Part shown: one piece after another, positions 35,911 through 48,169 of the stretch | Numbering within the stretch: the stretch's first letter is position 1 | How the letters are laid out: every line of letters starts with the position of its first letter | Assembly (NCBI RefSeq): GCF_902713615.1 | Contig: NC_052152.1 | Location: 41,639,810-41,703,809 of the forward strand | DNA from: Scyliorhinus canicula | Lineage: Eukaryota | Direction of reading: 5' to 3' | Length of the DNA: 64,000 bases | The notes under the pieces: model-generated | The model's database searches: none | What the model saw: only the letters and a program-made list of their open reading frames with translations | Told to the model about the DNA's origin: nothing | Made by a program: the position numbers and the translations under genes

Positions 35911-36604
35911 ATTTCACCTGAATCGTTAACTTGCTATTTATCTCCGTACGTGCTGACCCACCTATTGCGTGCTTCGAGCATTTTCTGTCCTTGTTTCTGA
36001 ATTTGTGCATTGACAGCTTTTGCTTTTTATTTTCTTTTAATACGATTGACTTCCTTCGGATAAGAGTCGCTGTTATGGGAATCCACATGGATCCCAGCCA
36101 GGCCTTTCCTTTTGGAATTGAACATTTCTTGAAAACTCCTCATTCCAATTCCTACTCCCATACGGTTCCTGACCTCTTCCTTTGTTACATTGATGACTAT
36201 GTTGATGATGCTTCACCAGCTCTCTCTGTTCTCAGGGGTTGCATTCGCTGTGCTAATATTCCAATTCTTCATGTTTACATGCTCCATCTCAGAGTCCTTG
36301 GATAATTTTTTCTCCACATCTAACCGTTTCCTATTAAGCAGTTTGCAGGCTATTCAACATATTTAGTTTCCTTGTGTGATTTATTGATTCTCTTTTTTAA
36401 TCTTCCTCTTTATCCCCCCTGATTTTTCTAACCTTACTAAGGTGTCCGTTATATTTCAATCTGCCGATCTTGGAATTGTTAATCCCAGAAACATTTTAGT
36501 TCTCTTCTCCCTTTACAGATGTTGATTGTCTTATTGCGTATTTACAGCATTTTGTTTTCACTTCAGATTTCTAATTGCAGTTTTTTCTTATACTGTTACT
36601 ATTC

Positions 36605-36765
36605 AATACAGTACACTGGGTACACCGCATTACACTATGTATACACATTACACTGTACACTACATTGCACTATGTGCACCACAGTACACTGTGTACAACA
36701 CATTACACTATTACACCATGTTACACTGTACACTACATTACACTGTGTACACCAATTGCCCTACA
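36605..36765. repeat. TACAC-type low-complexity repeat followed by a CR1 3' remnant
   Basis: tacactgtacactacattgcactatg iterations. Confidence 0.75.
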
Positions 36766-36911
36766 CTACCAACATGGTCAAAATCCTGGAACTCCCTCAT
36801 TAACATAACTGTGGGCATACTTACACCACATGGACTACAGCGGTTCAGGAAGGCAGCTCGCCACCATCTTTTCCAGGGCAATTAGGGATGGCCAATAAAT
36901 GGTGTCCGAGC

Positions 36912-37320
36912 TGATGTGTTGGGTAAGCTGGGTCTGCGAGGATTGCATTTACCAGAGCAGTGAGAGAGACAGGCTACCAACACTTGGAGAAATGCAACTC
37001 TATTTTATTAAACTCTTAACTATTAAACATACTTTAACGGTGGGTTGACACTATGCTGAGTTGACTGGAGACCTGAGGCTAACCTGACCAGACTATCTCA
37101 CTACCACATGGTGGATGTTCGAGTTGTTGCTCACAGGCTCTGACTGTCTCAGAGCCTGCATCCCCCAGAGAGCGGGAAAACTAGTGCCCTCTGGCTTTAT
37201 AGTGGCCGTGTCCTGTCTGGTGATTGGCTGCTGTGTTCTGTGTGTTCATTGGTCATCCTGTGTGTCAATCAATGTCTGTCTGTGCATCATCATATACTTG
37301 TGTGTGTGTATTATGACACA
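36912..37320 (-). mobile_element. Solo LTR, family B
   Basis: tgatgtgttggg start, ccaacactt, ttttattaaact, gagcgggaa and ctttatagtg are shared with 62858-63200. Confidence 0.6.
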
Positions 37321-37503
37321 AACCAGCGACCCCCCCCCTCCCCCCCCACACACACACACACACATCCCGTCAATAAATTTATCTACCTCCCATTTTAAAA
37401 CAATCTCTTTGCACTGAAGTTGGCATTATTTATGCGCTGCAACCATTGCTGTTGTTTTGTCTATTGAACTTCTCTGAGAAATTTCCTGTTTGGTTTTTTA
37501 CAG

Positions 37504-37622
37504 AAAAAATAGTTTCATCATCAAAGAAAGCAGCCATGCCTGAACGTGACCAAAGTGCGAGGGAGCAACCAAACGCTGATGATACTGTCATCTACTCACT
37601 GCTTGGTCAAGTGCACCCTTAG
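37504..37622 (+). CDS. Terminal cytoplasmic exon with ITIM (VIYSLL)
   Basis: tggttttttacag| acceptor. Phase 1 joins the TM exon in frame: (K)KIVSSSKKAAMPERDQSAREQPNADDTVIYSLLGQVHP*. Basic stop-transfer residues follow the TM. VIYSLL (37587-37604) fits ITIM consensus V/I/L/S-x-Y-x-x-L/V. Stop TAG at 37620-37622. Small intervening exons cannot be excluded. Confidence 0.78.
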
Positions 37623-38307
37623 AATGTATGAACTGACACTGTTTAGTCAAAGACTGTAAATTGCATTGTTCAAAATGTTCAAATGCTCCTATTCATCATT
37701 TTGAAAATATCTATGGGCTATTTTATATTGATGGCATCCACCTTTTCCCTTCCGCACAAATGGAAACTCTCTTTTGAGCACAATATTTGTTGGCATGAAA
37801 ATGCTACAGCAGCACGAGGCCTTTCATTGTTTACTGAGTGTGGGCCACACAACACTGCCGACTGTACCCCGAGCACCATCGGTGCTGAAAAAAGGTGCAC
37901 ACCATGTGCCGAATGCTGGCAATGGATATTATCCTGACATGAAAAGCCTTAACCTCCTTGACCACCCATGTGAGGACGTTCTTTTCCTTCCTGTTTTGCT
38001 GCCACGTCTGTGACACCAGGCGACGGGTCATGTGATTCCACTTTGTCTTCAGGGTGAGTCCGGAGGGCTTCATATCCCACCCTGGGAAACATTGCCCCCC
38101 CCCCCCCCCCCCCCCCCCACCCCCCCCCACCCCCACCCCCCTCCTCCTCCTCCTCCTCCTGTAATCCACCCTGAGTGACCAGAGCTTCCAGTACAGGATC
38201 AAAGATGGAATAACTTTTGCTTGGCTGTTGAGACATCCTTTCAGTGTTGAAAACTGGTTTTCTGTCTGGTATGATTACAGGTGTACAGCCTTCCCTTATT
38301 TTCTTTT

Positions 38308-38523
38308 TAAATAAATTTAGAGCACCCAATAATTTTTTTTCCAGTTAAGGGCCAATTTAGTGTGGCCAATCCACCTAACCTGCACATCTTTGGGTTGTGG
38401 GAGTGTGACCCACGTAGATGCAGGGAGAGAATGTGCAAACTCCACGCAGTGACCCAGGGCCGGGATCGAACCCGGGTCCTCAGCGCCATAGGGAGCAGTG
38501 CTAACCACTGTGCCACACTGTCG
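38308..38523 (-). mobile_element. HE1-type SINE
   Basis: Reverse complement of the 20050 SINE. Confidence 0.85.
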
Positions 38524-39457
38524 CCCACAGCCTCCTTTTCACAGACAGCGAACCTTTAAGAGGAGCAGTCTGCCTGGATCATGTAATTAGCTAAGCATGC
38601 CGCTTGTACAGCAGCTGCAGGTAGATTGGCTGACAGAGAAGCAATGCTGGAGTCACAGGCTAATATTAAAATCTTTCGGATGAGGCGATAAACAAAAATT
38701 GCATCATCCCAATGTTGGTCTGCTTGGATGCAGGCAGTTGTGAAGCATGTATCATGATCTCAAACCCATTAATTGGCTTCAGTAAATTTCTAACATTCTA
38801 CGCCTACTCAATCAGTCTATATGAATGTTTCTGGAACATACCTCTCCATTCACCTGAGGAAGGAGCAGTGCTCCGAAAGCTCGTGTTTGAAACAAACCTG
38901 TTGGACTTTAACCTGGTGTTGTAAGACTTCTTACTGTACTCAATCAGACACATTGAGAATTTTTAATCCTTACATTTTTGCTGCCAGTTAATATCTGGTA
39001 TCATGTTTGTAAGTCTTTATTGCACCCTCTACAGTTCCTCTGTATTGTTTTTTATAAGTATGACACATATTGCCCATACTACTCCAAGTATGGTTAACCA
39101 AGGTTCAATACAGGTTCAGCATAATTCCACTAATTTCCAGTTTTATCACTTTTAGGACCGTATTAATCTGTGCACTTCTTTCAGTGATTTGTATTCCCGA
39201 CCTTCCTCTACCCTTTTCAGGCTTCTATTTTTCAAGTAATGCGTGAACTCCTCGTCATTAATATCAAGATAGGTCCCAACCATCCAGTAATATGCTACTT
39301 CAGCACGTTTGTTAATTTCTCTTCTAATTTGTTACAGTATTGGCTACACTGGGAAGTCTAGTTTCACATTAAAATGATATAACAAAACATGAGCATGCCA
39401 TCGTCTCAATAGTTTGCTACTCTTTTGTGTTGCAGCTTTTCCACTCCATTCATAACT

Positions 39458-40508
39458 GGGGCGGGATTCTCCGAGCCCCCGCCGGGTCGGAGAATCGGCG
39501 GGGGGCAGCGTGAATCCCAACCCCGCCGGCCGCCGAATTCTCCGGCACCGGATATTCCCCCCCCCCCCCCCCCCCCCCGGCCGATTCTCCGGCCCGCGAT
39601 GGGCCGAAGTCCCGCTGCTGTAATGCCGTTCGCGCCGGAGTGAATCAAACCACCTCCCTTACCGGCAGGGCTGGCGGGCTCCAGGGACCTGGGGGGGTGG
39701 GGGGGGGGGGGGGGGGACGATCTGGCCCCGGGGGGTACCTTAAGGGTGGCCTGGCCCGCGATCGGGGCCCACCGAGCGGCGTGCAGGCCTGTGCTGTGGG
39801 GGCACTCTTTTCCCTCCACGTCGGCCATTGCGTCTGCGATGGCCGACGTGGAAGTGACCCCGGGGGGAGGGGGGACAGTGCCGGAAAGGGGGGGACAGTG
39901 CCGGGGAGGGGGGGACAGTGCCGAGAGGGGGGGAAGGGAGGTTGTCCGGCTGGCCAGGTGCCATCCTCCAACAGTCGCGCCCATGCAGCCCATGGCACCT
40001 GGCTGCGCGGGCGGGGGGGGGTGGGGTACAGGCAATGATGACGTGTTGGCAACCCCCCCCCCCCCACAGGCCGTCATGTTTTCTGATCAGCCAGCGATGT
40101 TGCCTCGGTGTTACAGCCGCAGCGCTGACGGCCTCTTCCACCTCCCTCCACAGGCGCCGGCTGAGGCATGGGGCGACCCTGCGGCCATGTCTGGGGTACA
40201 GGGCCTCCTTCCTCTCCTGTACTGCGTCCAGGAGCGCCTCGATGTTGCTCTCCTGGAACTCGGGACTGCGCGGCGGGCGTCCATTTTAGCGGGTCTTCCG
40301 GGGGGGGGCGTCTTTTGTGCTGTATCGCCGCATGGCGTTGATTACATCCACGGCAGGTGACGCCGCCACGAATGGCGTCACGCCGCTGCTAGCCCATTCG
40401 GGCCTGGAGACTTTGCGACGTTTGTGGGGGGGCCCGACGCCGGAGTGATCCACGCCGTTTTTGCCGCCGGGTCCCGGCCATCGTGCCGGTTTTCGGAGAA
40501 TCCAGCCC
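39458..40508 (-). mobile_element. Internally deleted Harbinger retaining the Myb/SANT-like N-terminus of its accessory ORF
   Basis: TIRs gggcgggattctcc / ggagaatccagccc. The minus strand from ATG near 40284 reads MDARRAVP, then after a frameshift FQESNIEALLDAVQERKEALYPRHGRRVAPCLSRRLWREVEEAVSA (Myb_DNA-bind_5-like). Confidence 0.75.
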
Positions 40509-41295
40509 CAGGTGTGTATTTTAGATCAGTTACAAATGAGAGAGACTTTGGTTTATGATTTAATTACATTCACCTCGATGTGACCTTACTGATTAGCATT
40601 TCTCATCATTGCCAATTTTCTGAGACTGATTCACCAAGGTATTCATTTGGTGTATGAAGAGAAAAGAGGGCAGGATTTCCAATCGACATGGTTCACATCT
40701 CAATGTTCAACTCTCTAGTGTCGACTTCCCTTGACAACACAAATCAGTTTTCAATAAGTCACAAAGCTCTCTCAATGCTGGAAGGAGAAAAATCGTAGGC
40801 CAGGTTTTGCCATCTGTTGGGCAGCGATGGCGCACCGATGATTTTGAATCATACTCACCTACCTTTCACCATCCTCATGGTGAAACTTTCCTTGTCTTGA
40901 GGGAGAGTTCCCAGCCAGCATTGGTTTCAGGCTCAGCGGCTTCATGTAACACCGGTGAAAGCAGCAGGCAGTTATTGGCAAGCATTCCAATCACTGCTGT
41001 ATTAAACAGACTGCTGCAGTAAAGAGGCATTGGAAAAGCAGATTCAATAGACACGATTCATTTCACAAATTTAAACATGGTTTTACATAATCCAATCATT
41101 TTGATCCGTTAAATCACTTTGAAAGATATTTTGAAAGTCTGATTAACGCTAAGATCCTAGACTTATCATTTCAACAAGATTATTGGATTTTTTAAATGTT
41201 TTGTGTTATCACTTTAACTTGTAAAGGAGCCTTTTTGATGTGAACCCCCTCACTAAGTATCTGCGAACTGAGAGGAGGCGCCTTACACCTGGAAA

Positions 41296-41545
41296 TGGCA
41301 GCACAGTAGGTCCCAGGTTCGATTCCCGACTTGGGTCACTGCGTGCGGAGTCTGCACGTTCTCCCCGTGTCTGCGTGGGTTTCCTTCGGGTGCTCCGGTT
41401 TCCTCCCGCAGTCCAAAGATGTGCAGGTTAGGGGATTGGCCACGCTAAACTGCCCCTCAGTGTCCAAAATGCTCTTTCCAAGGGACGGTGCAGACTCAAT
41501 GGGCTGAATGGCTTCCTTCTGCACTGTAAATTCTTTGATGTCATC
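41296..41545 (+). mobile_element. HE1-type SINE
   Basis: ggttcgattccc B box, V-domain core and CR1-like tail. Confidence 0.8.
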
Positions 41546-41750
41546 TATGAAATATCAAGTCCTAAATTGTAAAGTTTAATTGATTCATAGTGGGCATTAG
41601 GCCAGTTGATTGGTCCACTGGGAATTTTTAATTAGCACACTACAGTCTGTACACTATGGAAAGTGTGAGGCCTCTCTGCGATCCAGACGCAGTGATCCCT
41701 GAGTGACAACCAGATGACGAGCCAGAAGATGCACTGGAACTAACTGCCTG

Positions 41751-42273
41751 TGTTATGATATTCGGGCCAGAAACCGGACGAGACCCCAACAATTTTTACA
41801 TTTGTAAACTGCGAGGAACATATACTTCGCCCCAGGAGGGATTCCACTGACAACTAGGGATCTTTTATATCAAAACCAAACTTTATTATTAACACAGAAT
41901 TTACCCCATTAACATCCAAGATAAACAGCTTTTCAATTAACAGTTAAACAGACTAAAAAAAAATTAAAGAATGGTCTTTGAGCTTACTTTCCCATCTATT
42001 TCGAAACTTTCAACAAAGTAAAATCCACACACACAGGTCAAATGCCATTTATTTAAAAAGTTACCACTCAGTGGCTTACAGATTTATTCACAAAGTTCTT
42101 GGGAGAGAAGCTTTCAGAAGTCTGAGAAACTCACCGTCTTGCCTCAGAATCCAGAGCAGAATTCCAAAAATCAAACTATAAACTACAGGACAGGGCTGAA
42201 AATGAAACTGAAAGCAGAATCAGCCCCTCCATGAAGATGTCGCAGCCTGCCTAGCTGTTATGCCTTAATCACA
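41751..42273 (-). mobile_element. Possible solo LTR
   Basis: TGT...ACA ends and a minus-strand polyA-like signal (ctttattatt). No TSD found. Confidence 0.35.
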
Positions 42274-42313
42274 GTTTCAGCAGACACATGGGGTGCGATC
42301 TAACCAAAATACA

Positions 42314-42690
42314 GGGCGAAATTCTCCGCCCCCCACGACGGGTGGGAGAATAGCGGGAGGGCCTTCCCGACATTTTTCCCGCCCTCCCGCTATTCTCCCA
42401 CCCCCCCGCCGAAGTCCCGACCCGAATCGCTGCCGCCGTTTTTTTACGGCCGGCAGCGATTCACAGCTGTTAGATGGGCCGAAGTCCCAGCCCTTTCCGC
42501 CGTTTTCACGAACGGCAAACACACCTGGTCTTGCCGTTCGTAAAAACGGCGTCACCAACTCGCTTTTTATAACCATGGCACCGATTGGCACGGCAGTACC
42601 ACGGCCGTGCCAAGGGTGCCATGGGCCCGCGATCGGTGGGCACCGATCGCGGGCAGCGGGCCCGATGCCCGCGCACTACTTGTCCTTCCG
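42314..42690. mobile_element. Left part of a Harbinger-type MITE abutting the minisatellite
   Basis: gggcgaaattctcc terminus and gggccgaagtccc motif shared with 39458 and 51301. Confidence 0.7.
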
Positions 42691-45600
42691 CTCTCCCTGG
42701 GCTGCTCCACCTCCCTCTCCCTGGGATGCTCCCCCTCCCTCTCCCTGGGCAGCTCCCCCACCCTCTCCCTGGGGCTGCTCCCCCACCCTCTCCCTGGGCT
42801 GCACCCCCACCCTCTCCCTGGGCTGCTCCACCTCCCTCTCCCTGGGCTGCTCCCCCACCCTCTCCCTGGGCTGCTCCCCCACCCTCTCCCTGGGCTGCTC
42901 CACCTCCCTCTCCGTGGGCTGCTCCCCCACCCTCTCCCTGGGCTGCTCCCCCCCCACCCTCTCCCTGGGCTGCCACCCCCCCACCCTCTCCCAGGGCTGC
43001 TCCCCCACCCTCTCCCTGGGCTGCTCCCCCACCCTCTCCCTGGGCAGCTCCCCCACCCTCTCCCTGGGGCTGCTCCCCCACCCTCTCCCTGGGCTGCACC
43101 CCCACCCTCTCCCTGGGCTGCTCCACCTCCCTCTCCCTGGGCTGCTCCCCCACCCTCTCCCTGGGCTGCTCCCCCACCCTCTCCCTGGGCTGCACCCCCA
43201 CCCTCTCCCCCTCCCTCTCCCTGGGCTGCTCCCCCACCCTCTCCCTGGGCTGCTCCCCCTCCCTCTCCCTGGGCTGCACCCCCACCCTCTCCCTGGGCTG
43301 CTCCCCCTCCCTCTCCCTGGGCTGCTCCCCCACCCTCTCCCTGGGCTGCTCCCCCACCCTCTCCCTGGGCTGCTCCCCCACCCTCTCGCTGGGCTGCACC
43401 CCCACCTTCTCCCTGGGCTGCTCCCCCATCCTCTCCCTGGGCTGCTCCCCCTCCCTCTCCCTGGCTGCTCCCCCACCCTCTCCCTGGGCTGCTCCCCCTC
43501 CCTCTCCCTGGGCTGCTCCCCCACCCTCTCCCTGGGCTGCTCCCCCACCCTCTCCCACTCCCTCTCCCTGGGCTGCTCCCCCACCCTCTCCCTGGGCTGC
43601 TCCCCCACCCTCTCCCTGGGCTGCTCCCCCACCCTCTCCCCCTCCCTCTCCCTGGGCTGCTCCCCCACCCTCTCCCTGGGCTGCCCACCCCCCCCACCCT
43701 CTCCCTGGGCTGCTCCCCCACCCTCTCCCTGGGCTGCTCCCCCACCCTCTCCCTGGGCTGCTCCTCCACCCTCTCCCTGGGCTGCTCCCCCTCCCGCCCC
43801 CTGGGCTGCTCCCCCATCCTCTCCCTGGGCTGCTCCCCCACCCTTTCCCTGGGCTGCTCCCCCACCCTCTCCCTGGGCTGCTCCCCCACCCTCTCCCTGG
43901 GCTGCTCCCCCACCCTTTCCCTGGGGCTGCTCCCCCACCCTCTCCCTGGGCTGCTCCCCCACCCTCTCCCTGGGCTGCTCCCCCACCCTCTCCCTGGGCT
44001 GCTCCCCCTCCCTCTCCCTGGGCTGCACCCCCACCCTCTCCCTGGGCTGCTCCCCCTCCCTCTCCCTGGGCTGCTCCCCCACCCTCTCCCTGGGCTGCTC
44101 CCCCACCCTCTCCCTGGGCTGCTCCCCCACCCTCTCGCTGGGCTGCACCCCCACCTTCTCCCTGGGCTGCTCCCCCATCCTCTCCCTGGGCTGCTCCCCC
44201 GCCCTCTCCCTGGGCTGCTCCCCCTCCCTCTCCCTGGGCTGCTCCCCCTCCCTCTCCCTGGGCTGCTCCCCACCCTCTCCCTGGGCTGCTCCCCCTCCCT
44301 CTCCCTGGGCTGCTCCCCCACCCTCTCCCTGGGCTGCTCCCCCACCCTCTCCCTGGGCTGCTCCCCCACCCTCTCGCTGGGCTGCACCCCACCTTCTCCC
44401 TGGGCTGCTCCCCCATCCTCTCCCTGGGCTGCTCCCCCTCCCTCTCCCTGGGCTGCTCCCCCACCCTCTCCCTGGGCTGCTCCCCCTCCCTCTCCCTGGG
44501 CTGCTCCCCCACCCTCTCCCTGGGCTGCACCCCCACCCTCTCCCACTCCCTCTCCCTGGGCTGCTCCCCCACCCTCTCCCTGGGCTGCTCCCCCACCCTC
44601 TCCCTGGGCTGCTCCCCCACCCTCTCCCCCTCCCTCTCCCTGGGCTGCTCCCCCACCCTCTCCCTGGGCTGCCCCCCCCCACCCTCTCCCTGGGCTGCTC
44701 CCCCACCCTCTCCCTGGGCTGCTCCCCCACCCTCTCCCTGGGCTGCTCCCCCACCCTCTCCCTGGGCTGCTCCTCCACCCTCTCCCTGGGCTGCTCCCCC
44801 TCCCGCCCCCTGGGCTGCTCCCCCATCCTCTCCCTGGGCTGCTCCCCCACCCTTTCCCTGGGCTGCTCCCCCACCCTCTCCCTGGGCTGCTCCCCCACCC
44901 TCTCCCTGGGCTGCTCCCCCACCCTTTCCCTGGGCTGCTCCCCCACCCTCTCCCTGGGCTGCTCCCCCACCCTCTCCCTGGGCTGCTCCCCCACCCTCTC
45001 CCTGGGCTGCTCCCCCTCCCTCTCCCTGGGCTGCACCCCCACCCTCTCCCTGGGCTGCTCCCCCTCCCTCTCCCTGGGCTGCTCCCCCACCCTCCTCCCT
45101 GGGCTGCTCCCCCACCCTCTCCCTGGGCTGCTCCCCCACCCTCTCGCTGGGCTGCACCCCCACCTTCTCCCTGGGCTGCTCCCCCATCCTCTCCCTGGGC
45201 TGCTCCCCCACCCTCTCCCTGGGCTGCTCCCCCTCCCTCTCCCTGGGCTGCTCCCCCTCCCTCTCCCTGGGCTGCTCCCCCACCCTCTCCCTGGGCTGCT
45301 CCCCCACCCTCTCCCCCTCCCTCTCCCTGGGCTGCTCCCCCACCCTCTCCCTGGGCTGCCCCCCCCCCCCCTCTCCCTGGGCTGCTCCCCCACCCTCTCC
45401 CTGGGCTGCTCCCCCACCCTCACCCTGGGCTGCTCCTCCACCCTCTCCCTGGGCTGCTCCCCCTCCCGCTCCCTGGGCTGCTCCACCACCCTCTCCCCTC
45501 CCTCTCCCTGGGCTGCTCCCCCACCCTCTCCCTGGGCTGCTCCCCCTCCCTCTCCCTGGGCTGCTCCCCCTGATCCCCCACCCTCTCCCTGGGCTGCTCC

Positions 45601-47055
45601 CCCACCCTCTCCCTGGGCTGCTCCCCCACCCTCTCCCTGGGCTGCTCCCCCACCCTCTCCCTGGGCTGCTCCCCCACCCTCTCCCTGGGCTGCTCCCCCA
45701 CCCTCTCCCTGGGCTGCTCCCCCACCCTCTCCCTGGGCTGCTCCCCCTCCCTCTCACTGGGTTGCTCCCCCTCCCTCTCCCTGGGCTGCTCCCCCTCCCT
45801 CTCCCTGGGCTGCTTCCCCTCCCTCTCCCTGGGTTGCTCCCCCTCCCTCTCCCTCTCCCTGGGCTGCTCCCCCACCCTCTCCCTGGCTGCTCCCCCACCC
45901 TCTCCCTGGGCTGCTCCCCCACCCTCTCCCTGGGCTGCTCCCCCACCCTCTCCCCGGGCTGCCCCCCCCCTCTCCCCGGGCTGCCCCCCCCCCACCCTCT
46001 CCCCGGGCTGCCCCCCCCCCCCACCCTCTCCCTGGGCTGCCCCCCCCACCCTCTCCCTGGGCTGCCCCCCCCCCCACCCTCTCCCTGGGCTGCCCCCCCC
46101 ACCCTCTCCCTGGGCTGCCCCCCCCCCCCTCTCCCTGGGCTGCCCCCCCCCACCCTCTCCCTGGGCTGCCCCCCCCCCCACCCCACCCTCTCCCTGGGCT
46201 GCCCCCCCCACCCCACCCTCTCCCTGGGCTGCCCCCCCCACCCCACCCTCTCCCTGGGCTGCCCCCCCCCACCCCACCCCACCCTCTCCCTGGGCTGCCC
46301 CCCCCACCCCACCCTCTCCCTGGGCTGCCCCCCCCCACCCCACCCTCTCCCTGGGCTGCCCCCCCACCCCACCCTCTCCCTGGGCTGCCCCCCCCCCCAC
46401 CCCACCCTCTCCCTGGGCTGCCCCCCCCCACCCACCCTCTCCCTGGGCTGCCCCCCCCACCCTCTCCCTGGGCTGCCCCCCCCACCCTCTCCCTGGGCTG
46501 CCCCCCCCACCCTCTCCCTGGGCTGCCCCCCCGCCACCCCACCCCACCCTCTCCCTGGGCTGCCCCCCCCCACCCCACCCTCTCCCTGGGCTGCCCCCTC
46601 CCACCCCACCCTCTCCCTGGGCTGCCCCCCCCACCCCACCCTCTCCCTGGGCTGCCCCCCCCCCCACCCACCCTCTCCCTGGGCTGCCCCCCCCCCACCC
46701 CCCCTCTCCCTGGGCTGCCCCCCCCCCACCCACCCTCTCCCTGGGCTGCCCCCCCCCCACCCGCCTTATCCCTGGGCTGCCCCCCCTCCCTGGGCTGCCC
46801 CCCCTCCCTCTCCCTGGGCTGCCCCCCCTCCCTCTCCCTGGGCTGCCCCCCCTCCCTCTCCCTGGGCTGCCCCCCCTCCCTCTCCCTGGGCTGCCCCCCC
46901 TCCCTCTCCCTGGGCTGCTCCCCCTCCCTCTCCCTGGGCTGCTCCCCCTCCCTCTCCCTGGGCTGCTCCCCCTCCCTCTCCCTGGGCTGCTCCCCCTCCC
47001 TCTCCCTGGGCTGCTCCCCCTCCCTCTCCCTGGGCTGCTCCCCCACCCTCTCCCT
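42690..47055. repeat. 24-bp minisatellite (ctgggctgctcccccaccctctcc)n, about 4.4 kb
   Basis: Directly visible tandem array. The unit lacks stop codons, which explains the 1400-1590 aa [16 protein letters not shown] and LPGLLPHP ORFs. Confidence 0.97.
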
Positions 47056-48169
47056 GTAGCTCTGCACCTTGATCATGGCCAATCCACCTCACCCTTTGGA
47101 CAATTGATATCTTCTACAATTTGCGTCTGTTCCCTGTATTAGGTAACACCTTACGATGGAAGCGTATTTCTAAGTTGAAAAACACGTTCAGCTTCAAAGA
47201 TATGTAGAACGAGCCAGAGGGTTATTTGAAACACGTTGCCTATCAACATTTTATGCCAGGCACATCTCGACAATATGCCTGGTAATGTTACATTGTTCGA
47301 TCTGTTTACCTTGCTGCTTTCTAAAGATGCGGCACCCTGGTAATCATTACTGAAATAAACTTATTACTAAAATCACTAACATCTATTTTGAAATAAACTC
47401 TGGCTTATCCTGCTAGACGTCACATATCTATCTTGAAAAGGTGTGTCATTCTGAAATTTGATCGAGTATACCCCACCCTTTCTGCATTGTCACTTAGCAG
47501 GTTAGTTTCAGTTCGATTAACTTATCCTTACAAACATTAAAACTTTGAGCGGCGAAAGGTAACGAAGAAAGTAAAAGAAACTACAGGACAAAAGGACTGA
47601 GAGAAAACCGTGAAAATGTAAGTAAACACGTTTTAAGTGATGCAAAGCTTTGAGCAAGTTAAAGTTTGTGCTGAGGATTAATCTTTAGTGCTGGACTTTG
47701 ATTTAATACCAAGGCTCACATATTTGTTTTAATGGCACTTCAGTGAGGTTTCAGCGGCAGAGTTCTCTCCTCTAATAAGAGCAAAATACCGGGAATGCTG
47801 GAAATGCAAAATGAAAAACGGGAAAGTGCTAGAAATACTCAGCAGGTCTGACGCTATCCGTGGTTTTGTGGTGACTACGACTCTTCATTACTGAAGGAAG
47901 GTTGGAGTCCTGTTGCATACTTGTTAGCAACCAGTTCTGACTCATAGGGAACTATTGTGTCGAATCTGACCGAGTTCACCAAAACCTGTTTCAAAGTGAT
48001 CTCCGGCACTTTCCTCTTTGCTGGACGTTACAAATGGATCTGAGAAAAGGTGGTTCATTCTGAAATTTGTTCCAACATACCCCAGGCGCACAATTTCCTC
48101 AGTCTGCATAAGAGCAAAAAAAATGACCTTGTTCCTCCCAAACCAGAAAACATAGAAAGAAGCATTTGT

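Noticed and set aside
36519-36885. Strong-looking acceptor at 36518 and Tyr/His/Thr-rich ORFs
   Set aside because: The phase-1 reading stops after about 18 codons, and the ORFs derive from a TACAC low-complexity repeat plus a CR1 remnant.
42690-47055. CRISPR-like array
   Set aside because: Contiguous tandem units with no unique spacers, in a eukaryotic context.
42293-47092. Very long ORFs (up to 1588 aa) on both strands
   Set aside because: They are translations of a stop-free 24-bp minisatellite, with frame switches at unit indels and no domain content.
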